Positions 57,103-64,000 of a stretch of 64,000 nucleotides of DNA are shown here, piece by piece; positions within the stretch are counted from its first letter, which is position 1, and the number at the start of each line of letters is the position of its first letter. The notes under the pieces were generated by a model that made no database searches, was not told where the DNA came from, and saw only the letters and a program-made list of their open reading frames with translations. Made by a program: the position numbers and the translations under genes. This DNA comes from Pirellulales bacterium. Its GTDB lineage: Bacteria; Planctomycetota; Planctomycetia; Pirellulales; PALSA-1355. The DNA is taken from NCBI GenBank assembly GCA_963733035.1, contig CAVTBU010000007.1, positions 384,001 to 448,000 of the forward strand, written 5' to 3'.

Positions 57103-57342
57103 TTAAAGACCGAAACTTTCCCGGCTTACCAGCGACCCAATGGTTTCCCACCGCCCCGACTCGCCCAGGAAGCAATACCCTCGGTCGCCGACGATGCCGT
57201 GGCTGCCGGCATAGCTGTGGACGATAACTGGCTTGGCATCGATAGTCGTGTACTCGTGGCCGTTCCAATGCAGCAACAGCGCCTGCGATTGACGTCCGGG
57301 TTCCAGAGTTTCGACCAGTTCGAATAGTTGTAGTTGAGCCAT
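57103..57342 (-). CDS. Small hypothetical protein
   Basis: 79-aa ORF with RBS GGAG, directly downstream of larE. Confidence 0.5.
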   Translation of the reverse strand: MAQLQLFELVETLEPGRQSQALLLHWNGHEYTTIDAKPVIVHSYAGSHGIVGDRGYCFLGESGRWETIGSLVSRESFGL

Positions 57343-57364
57343 GATCGGTTTTCTCCGCAAAACC

Positions 57365-58201
57365 TTAGTTCGAACGCGACAACGACTCGATGCTCACGAG
57401 GGAATTCAGACTACCCGAGCGAAACCCCTCGAGATCCAACGTCACGCATTTAAAACCTAGTTCCTTCAGCCGCGCAACGAGCGGTTCGCGATGCTCCGGC
57501 ATACACATTTTGGCGAGCGCCTCGACGGGAACTTCCAGCCGGGCAACATCGCCCCCGTGATACCGTACGCGCACGTTACGCAAGTCCTGCGAGCGCAAGA
57601 ATTGCTCGGCGGCGTCGATCATTGCCAGCCGCTCGGGCGAAACGTGTTCGCCATAGGCCACCCGGCTGCTCAAGCAGGGCGTCGCCGGTTTGTCCCAAAT
57701 CGGCAGTTCCCACTGTTGGGCCAGGGCACGCACCTCGGCCTTGTTGAACCCGCACTCGGCCAAGGGACTCGCCACGCGATGTTCGCTGGCTGCCTTCATG
57801 CCGGGGCGATAGTCACCCTGGTCGTCGATGTTCGCCCCGTTGAAGATCACGTCGGAGCCCAGTTGCTCGGCAAGGCCTTCAATCTGAGTGTAAAGTTCAG
57901 TTTTGCAGTGATAACAGCGGTCTGGCGCGTTGCGAAGATATTCCGGTTTGGAAAACTCGTCGGTGTTGATGACCGCGTGGCGAATGCCGATCAGGGCGGC
58001 CAACCGGCGTGCCTCGTCCAACTCTCCCGAAGCCAGGCTGGCGCTCGTGCCCGTCACGGCCACCGCACGGTCGCCCAGAACCAGCTGCGCCGCTTTCGCC
58101 ACCACCGTGCTGTCGATTCCGGCCGAGAAGGCCACCGCGCAATTGTCGTATTTGCCAATGAAGGCGAGCAGACGTTCGCGTTTCGCGGCCAGGTCGGTCA
58201 T
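57365..58201 (-). CDS. larE: ATP-dependent sacrificial sulfur transferase LarE
   Basis: PP-loop AFSAGIDS; motifs RCYHCK, DYRPG and PCLSSR. Confidence 0.9.
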   Translation of the reverse strand: MTDLAAKRERLLAFIGKYDNCAVAFSAGIDSTVVAKAAQLVLGDRAVAVTGTSASLASGELDEARRLAALIGIRHAVINTDEFSKPEYLRNAPDRCYHCKTELYTQIEGLAEQLGSDVIFNGANIDDQGDYRPGMKAASEHRVASPLAECGFNKAEVRALAQQWELPIWDKPATPCLSSRVAYGEHVSPERLAMIDAAEQFLRSQDLRNVRVRYHGGDVARLEVPVEALAKMCMPEHREPLVARLKELGFKCVTLDLEGFRSGSLNSLVSIESLSRSN

Positions 58202-58393
58202 GCTGGTAAACAAAACAAGCTACGGGTCAGTTTGCGACGGGCAATCGAATTATACACCCCACGCGTCACCCTGGCAGAGACGAGATTGGCGGCGCGACAC
58301 GATTGCCGCACGTCGGCTACTTGCACGGCTAAAATGTCTGTGGGATATTTGCAGACATTGCTCACTTCAGCGGCACTCCCAGCAAGGCTACGC

Positions 58394-59106
58394 ATGCAGA
58401 TTTGGCCAGCGATCGACCTCCGCGGCGGCAAATGCGTGCGTCTCCAGCAAGGAGACTATGCCCGCGAAACCGTGTTTGGCGAGGATCCCGCCGCCACGGC
58501 TCGTCACTGGGTCGACGAAGGGGGGCAGTATCTCCACCTGGTCGATCTCGATGGTGCCCGCGCCGGCGGCGTCGCGAATTGGGACAGCATCGCTGCCATT
58601 TTGGCCGCCGTCGACGTGCCTTGTGAACTGGGCGGCGGCGTGCGCGATCAGCAGACGATCGCCCGCCTGCTCGACATGGGGCTCCAGCGCGTGGTGATTG
58701 GCACGTTGGCCATCAAGCAGCCCGATTGGTTTCGCCAGATGTGCGCGCTATTTCCAGGTCGGCTGGTGTTGGGAATCGACGCCCGGGGCGGCCTGGTGGC
58801 CACCGAGGGCTGGCTGGAGACGAGCCACGTGCGGGCGGTCGAACTGGCCCAGGGATTCGCGCCGAAAAAATCGCGGCGATCATCTACACCGACATCGAAA
58901 CCGACGGCATGCTCAGCGGGCCGAATCTCGCCGCGCTCGAGCAGATGGCCACGGCTGTCGACCTTCCCGTGATCGCTTCGGGCGGTGTGGCCACCGCCGA
59001 CGACATTACTCGACTATCCAAGTTGCCCGTGGCAGGTTGCATCATCGGGCGCGCACTCTACGAAGGAACCCTGAAACTAGCCGACGCGCTAGCTCGAGCG
59101 CGTTGA
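58394..59106 (+). CDS. hisA: ProFAR isomerase HisA (frameshift near 58860)
   Basis: Motifs PAIDLRGGKCVRL, LHLVDLDGA, TDIETDGMLSGPN and ASGG. Confidence 0.93.
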
Positions 59107-59137
59107 CAAGCTTCCTATTCACAGAAGGGAAACTAGC

Positions 59138-61234
59138 ATGGCGCAGATCCAGGTCCAGGATATTCGCAACATTGTTTTTGGCGGCCACGGATCGGCCGGA
59201 AAGACTTCGCTGGCGGACGCCATCTTGACTAAAACCGGCGCCGTCACGCGGCCGGCCAGCGTCGACGACGGCACGAGCATCTGCGACTTCGACGAGGAGG
59301 AAAAGCATCATCACCATTCGATCGAATCGTCGCTCGTGCACTTCGAGCATGCCGGCAAGCACTTCAACCTGATCGACACGCCGGGCTACCCGGACCTGAT
59401 CGGCCAGGTGCTCGGCGCGCTGCACGCCGTCGAAACCGCGGCGATCGTGGTCGATGCCCATTCCGGGTTGGGCGTAAACACGCGACGCGTCTTTAGGGAG
59501 GCCGGCCAGCGGGGCCTCGGGCGAATTGTCGTCATCAACAAGATGGATACCGAGAATGTCGACTACCCTGCCCTGCTCGGCTCCATCCAGGAATTGTTCG
59601 GGAGCGCCTGCATCCCGCTCAATGTTCCAATCGGTCACGGCCACGACTTCAAGGGCGTCGTCAGCACGCTCAAACCCGACAGCGCCGACGGCGCGCTCGT
59701 CGACCCGGCCTCGATTCGAGAGTCGTTGATTGAGGCGATCATCGAGGTTGACGAGGCAGTGACCGAACGCTACTTCGAGGGCAATCTCCCGACCGACGAG
59801 GAAATCTCGCGGTTGATCGTCGATGCCGTGGCCCAGGGAACGCTGATTCCGGTGCTGAGCGTTTCGGCAAAGACCGGCGCTGGCCTGCCCGAACTGCTCG
59901 ACGCGCTTGCCCTGTGTGCGCTGCCACCTGACAAGATCGAGCGCACGGCGAAAAACGAAGGCGGCGAGGAGGTGGTGCTCAAGGCCGACCCGGCGGGCCC
60001 CTTGGTCGCCCAAGTGTTCAAGACGCGCATCGACCCGTTTGTGCACAAATTGAGTTTCATTCGCGTCTTTTCCGGTACCCTGAACAAGGACGACAGCGTG
60101 CACGTGTCCGGCGCAAAGAAGGGGGTTAAGCTGCATCAGTTCCTTTCGGTGCAAGGGGGGGAAACGCATCCGATCGAACATGCCATTGCAGGCGAAATCG
60201 TGGCCGTCGCAAAGGTCGACGAATTGCACACCAGCTACTCGCTGGGTGAATTGGAACTACCCAAAATCAAATTCCCCACGCCAATGGTTGGGCTGGCCGT
60301 CTCGCCCAAGAGTCGCGGCGACGAAGGCAAGCTCTCAGGCGCGTTGCAAAAGATCGTCGAGGAAGACAGCACCGTTGCCTTGCATCGCGACGCGCAAACG
60401 CACGAGCTGGTGATGAACGGCATGAGCGAGCTGCACCTGCAAATGATTCAGGAGCGACTCAAGCGGCGCGACAAGGTGGAAGTGGATACCAAGGAGCCCA
60501 AGATTCCCTACCGCGAAACCGTGCAAGCCAACGCCGAGGGAAGCTACCGCCACAAGAAACAGAGCGGCGGCCGCGGCCAGTTTGGCGAGGTGCACATCCG
60601 TGTCTTCCCCTTCCCCACCGGGACCGACCCGGCGGAGTTCTGCACCAAGGAACGTTTTCCCAGCATGCGCGAGTTCCACTACGACCCCGATCATCATTTC
60701 CTCTGGGTCGATTCAATCGTCGGCGGTTCGATTCCCAACAACTTTCTGCCCGCCGTCGAGAAAGGCTTCAAGGAGCGGCTCGCACGCGGTGTCATCGCCG
60801 GCTACCAGGTGGAAAACGTCGGCGTCGAAGTCTTCTTCGGCAAACACCATCCGGTCGATAGCTCGGAAGCCGCCTTCAAGACGGCCGGCTCGATGGCCTT
60901 TCGCAACGTCTTCCAGGAAGCCAGGCCAGGGCTGCTCGAACCGGTGGTCGTGCTGCACGTCACTGTGCCCGGAAGCAAGCTGGGCGACATCAACAGCGAC
61001 ATGTCCGGACGCCGCGGCCGCGTGCTGGGCATGGATTCGGCCGGTGGCGACCTGCAAACCGTGACGGCCGAAGTGCCGCTAGCCGAGGTGACCACCTACG
61101 CCCGGAGCCTGTCGAGCATCACCGGCGGTCAGGGGAGCTACACGATGGAATTCGCCCGCTACGATCTAGTGCCCGGCAACGTGCAGAAAGAGATCGTCGA
61201 CAAGGCCGTGCTCAAGGAGGAGGAAGAAGAGTGA
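59138..61234 (+). CDS. fusA: Elongation factor G paralog (EF-G2-like)
   Basis: Motifs GHGSAGKT, DTPG, NKMD, KKQSGGRGQF and HPVDSSE. Switch I is divergent. Confidence 0.9.
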   Translation: MAQIQVQDIRNIVFGGHGSAGKTSLADAILTKTGAVTRPASVDDGTSICDFDEEEKHHHHSIESSLVHFEHAGKHFNLIDTPGYPDLIGQVLGALHAVETAAIVVDAHSGLGVNTRRVFREAGQRGLGRIVVINKMDTENVDYPALLGSIQELFGSACIPLNVPIGHGHDFKGVVSTLKPDSADGALVDPASIRESLIEAIIEVDEAVTERYFEGNLPTDEEISRLIVDAVAQGTLIPVLSVSAKTGAGLPELLDALALCALPPDKIERTAKNEGGEEVVLKADPAGPLVAQVFKTRIDPFVHKLSFIRVFSGTLNKDDSVHVSGAKKGVKLHQFLSVQGGETHPIEHAIAGEIVAVAKVDELHTSYSLGELELPKIKFPTPMVGLAVSPKSRGDEGKLSGALQKIVEEDSTVALHRDAQTHELVMNGMSELHLQMIQERLKRRDKVEVDTKEPKIPYRETVQANAEGSYRHKKQSGGRGQFGEVHIRVFPFPTGTDPAEFCTKERFPSMREFHYDPDHHFLWVDSIVGGSIPNNFLPAVEKGFKERLARGVIAGYQVENVGVEVFFGKHHPVDSSEAAFKTAGSMAFRNVFQEARPGLLEPVVVLHVTVPGSKLGDINSDMSGRRGRVLGMDSAGGDLQTVTAEVPLAEVTTYARSLSSITGGQGSYTMEFARYDLVPGNVQKEIVDKAVLKEEEEE

Positions 61235-61435
61235 GTGGCGACCGGTACCAAATCGCCTAAACTCCGTGGGCCGAGCGGTCCGAAGACTAGACCAGGAAGC
61301 TTGATTTTGCGGCCTGTGACGCCTACGATTGTCGGCGAAACGGCTGTTTTGCTAGCACGCCCTACTTTTCACTCGGAAATTCGGCCTGAAGTCCTCACGA
61401 TCTCGGGGCGAGTCGACCTGCGGAGTGCATCAACC

Positions 61436-61492
61436 ATGACGACGACCAAAGATCAACTGGCTCGGGGTTGTCGCTGCTCCTGTACGATGTAG
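61436..61492 (+). CDS. Putative Cys-rich leader peptide MTTTKDQLARGCRCSCTM
   Basis: GGAG at 61422-61425, three clustered Cys codons, located ~100 bp upstream of the serine acetyltransferase gene. Confidence 0.65.
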   Translation: MTTTKDQLARGCRCSCTM

Positions 61493-61506
61493 CCGTTAGC
61501 GGCTAC
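61489..61506 (+). terminator. Hairpin overlapping the leader stop codon, followed by a pyrimidine tract
   Basis: GTAGCCG-TTAG-CGGCTAC followed by CTTCTTC. Confidence 0.4.
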
Positions 61507-61594
61507 CTTCTTCGCTCTCCGTTTCTCCGTATTTCGCCCGCCCCGCGGGCCCCTTTTCCGCGCACCGGTGATGTGGTGCAGGAGCACGAACACC

Positions 61595-62554
61595 ATGGCC
61601 TCGGACTTACGCCGCAAAGAACAACTGCCCGAACTGACCAAGCTGATCGTCGATACCTATTCCGAGCTTCCCTCGATCAGCCACCTGGGACATTGTCCGC
61701 TGCCCAACTACAAGATGGTGGTCAGCGCCGTCGAGGACATCAAGGAGATCCTCTACCCGGGCTATCGCCGCCGCGAAGGGCTGCACATCGGCAACGTGAC
61801 CTACCACGTGGGCGACCTGATCGACGGCTTGCACGATAAACTGACCACGCAAATCGCTCGCGCCATGCGGCACGACGCCGGCTACTCGCACGATTGCGAC
61901 ACGGAGGACCACGACTTCGAGGCCCTCGGCCAGGCCAAGGCGATCTTGTTCCTCGAAGCGCTGCCTGAGCTGCGCAAGATGCTGGCGCTCGACGTGCAAG
62001 CGGCACACGACGGCGATCCGGCCGTCAAGACGCTCGACGAGATCATCTTCTGCTATCCCGGTCTCGAGGCGGTAACGATTTACCGCGTGGCTCACTTGCT
62101 GCATCAGTTCGAAGTGCCGCTGATTCCGCGAATGATGACCGAATGGGCCCATTCGAAAACCGGCATCGACATTCACCCGGGCGCCAAAATCGGCAAGCAC
62201 TTCTTCATCGATCACGGCACGGGCGTCGTGATTGGCGAAACCTGCGAGATCGGCGACCACGTCAAGCTGTACCAAGGCGTGACGCTCGGTGCCCTGTCGT
62301 TTGCCACCGACGGCGACGGCAACCTGTTGCGCGGCCACAAGCGGCACCCGACGATCGAGGACCACGTCGTCATCTACGCCAACGCCACCGTGCTGGGCGG
62401 CGCGACGGTCATTGGGCACCACTCCGTGATCGGTTCCAGCGTCTGGCTCACCCGAAGTCTCCAGCCGCATACGACCGTGGTGCTGGAAAAGCCGAAATTG
62501 AAAATGCGGGCCGACATCCAAGAGATGCATCCCGAGGCGAATTTTCAGATTTAA
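61595..62554 (+). CDS. cysE: Serine O-acetyltransferase (EpsC/CysE type)
   Basis: Motifs [36 protein letters not shown] and KRHPT. Confidence 0.93.
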   Translation: MASDLRRKEQLPELTKLIVDTYSELPSISHLGHCPLPNYKMVVSAVEDIKEILYPGYRRREGLHIGNVTYHVGDLIDGLHDKLTTQIARAMRHDAGYSHDCDTEDHDFEALGQAKAILFLEALPELRKMLALDVQAAHDGDPAVKTLDEIIFCYPGLEAVTIYRVAHLLHQFEVPLIPRMMTEWAHSKTGIDIHPGAKIGKHFFIDHGTGVVIGETCEIGDHVKLYQGVTLGALSFATDGDGNLLRGHKRHPTIEDHVVIYANATVLGGATVIGHHSVIGSSVWLTRSLQPHTTVVLEKPKLKMRADIQEMHPEANFQI

Positions 62555-64000
62555 GCGATTGCCGGGGCCTTCGCGGCTGAGTTGCCGCGTTTGCGCCGAC
62601 TGAGCCAGCCGACCAACGCGACACTCAGCAAGACGCATGCGCTCGCGCCGCTGATCAGGGCGCCATAAAGAATGCTCCTCGGCCGATAACGATAGACGAG
62701 CCGATGTTTACCGGCGGGCAGTACCACGCCACGCATCACGCGGTTGGTCCGCAAGATCGGAACGGTCCGCCGCTCTCCGTCGGTCTCCACGAAGGCTTCC
62801 CAACCCGGATAGTGCTGGTCGGAAAGAACAACGAGCCCCGGAGCAGTCAGCCGCGCATCGATCTCCACGCGCGACGGTTCGGCCGCCACGATTCGGCAGG
62901 ATTCCGAGCGGGTCGTGCCTTCCGCCACCGGAGAAACCGAGAGCGTTGAACGCGTCTCGACGACCGCTGTCGCTCGCCAATCGCGTGGTTGGCCGTCGGG
63001 AAAGGCAATCTCAGAAGTAAACTTCTCGATCCTGCGCGGCGAATTGCTTTCCAGCGGCGGCAACACTTTCACATCGTGGACGATCCACGTCCGTGGGAGG
63101 GCCGTCGGCCGCTCACCCAGCAACATGTCTTCCGCGATTTCGATCGGCCGACTTATCTCTTCGCTTGAGGTCATCGAGACAAGCGCCGACCGGGCGCCCA
63201 CCAGGTCGAGCAACGCCGGGTCGGGAAGGCCCCCCCTCCCCGACCGCCGATTGTGTGTCTGCGCCACTTTGAGAAGGATCGCATAGTCGCTGCCGGCGAC
63301 GGTCTGCAGCACCTCGGCCAGCGGCACCTCTAGCGGCAGCGGAAATCGGGGCCATAGCGTGTCGCGATACCAGCGTAGGCCCTCTTGATAGCGGTCGGGC
63401 GATGCGGTCGTTTCAAACGACGGGGGTGTCGGCGTCAGTTGACGGAATAGGCGGTAGTTCGACGTGTCCTTGGGCAAACGACTCAGAACCCGCGGTCGAA
63501 AACGCCACAGGTCCGCAGGCGCGTAGACGACAAGATCCTTTTGTGCCGCTCCAAGATCGATGGCCACCACCGCGGTCATGGCAACTTGCATCAATCGTCG
63601 ATAGGATGTGCGTCGGCCGAGCCATAGGATGGCCAACACGACGAGGGAAACCATCGAAGCATGCAGCAGAGCGTCGGCAAAGTCCGTTAAAGCGCCCTTG
63701 CCGTCGAGCGGACCCAGCCAGGGGGCCGCGGTCGCACTGGCGAGCGATGACTGAATTTGTGGCCAGTCATAGAGCGTGCCGGCGCCTGCCGCCGCGCCCA
63801 CAAGTGGAATCAGCATCAGCCAGTTCAGCAGCCGGCGGCTGCCTGATTCCCAAACGTCGCGCCAGCCGTAAGCTGCCAGCATGCTCAACCCCAGGCTTGC
63901 GAACACGAATAGCTTGGACGGATAGCGGAACTGAATGTATCCGGGCAGGAAGGTCGCCAGACACCAATACAGTCCCCCGACCTCGCCACCAACGCCAAAA
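62551..64000 (-). CDS. YfhO-family membrane protein (5' end outside the window)
   Basis: TM-rich N-terminal part; C-terminal [12 protein letters not shown]...[15 protein letters not shown] followed by a TM helix. Confidence 0.8.
   Translation of the reverse strand, partial: FGVGGEVGGLYWCLATFLPGYIQFRYPSKLFVFASLGLSMLAAYGWRDVWESGSRRLLNWLMLIPLVGAAAGAGTLYDWPQIQSSLASATAAPWLGPLDGKGALTDFADALLHASMVSLVVLAILWLGRRTSYRRLMQVAMTAVVAIDLGAAQKDLVVYAPADLWRFRPRVLSRLPKDTSNYRLFRQLTPTPPSFETTASPDRYQEGLRWYRDTLWPRFPLPLEVPLAEVLQTVAGSDYAILLKVAQTHNRRSGRGGLPDPALLDLVGARSALVSMTSSEEISRPIEIAEDMLLGERPTALPRTWIVHDVKVLPPLESNSPRRIEKFTSEIAFPDGQPRDWRATAVVETRSTLSVSPVAEGTTRSESCRIVAAEPSRVEIDARLTAPGLVVLSDQHYPGWEAFVETDGERRTVPILRTNRVMRGVVLPAGKHRLVYRYRPRSILYGALISGASACVLLSVALVGWLSRRKRGNSAAKAPAIA

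Overview
This GC-rich window looks like a Planctomycetota (Pirellulales-like) genome, judging by a DUF1559 prepilin-type protein, a TIGR03067 protein, a DUF1080 protein and planctomycete-type cytochrome c domains. Most of it is housekeeping or metabolic: xylA, purB, fur, flgM, thiC, metH, thiO, larE, hisA, an EF-G paralog and cysE. The first ~4 kb is an accessory toxin/immunity island carrying an IS256. Three signals stand out. (1) A 1500-bp IS110/IS1111-type element sits exactly in the prepilin cleavage motif of a DUF1559 gene. It keeps the host frame open, rebuilds a G|FTLVE processing site, and has a downstream non-coding region whose two paired loops match the target and the element junction, as in a bridge/seek RNA. 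(2) A His-rich CxxC...RAPP upstream ORF (DUF2946/CruR-like) has Pro-Pro codons complementary to the Shine-Dalgarno of that DUF1559 gene. (3) An unannotated Cys-rich leader peptide has Cys codons complementary to the Shine-Dalgarno of the serine acetyltransferase gene. About nine genes carry 1-2 nt frameshifts, all at or next to CGCG, which are probably sequencing artefacts. All calls come from reading the sequence by eye; no database searches were run.
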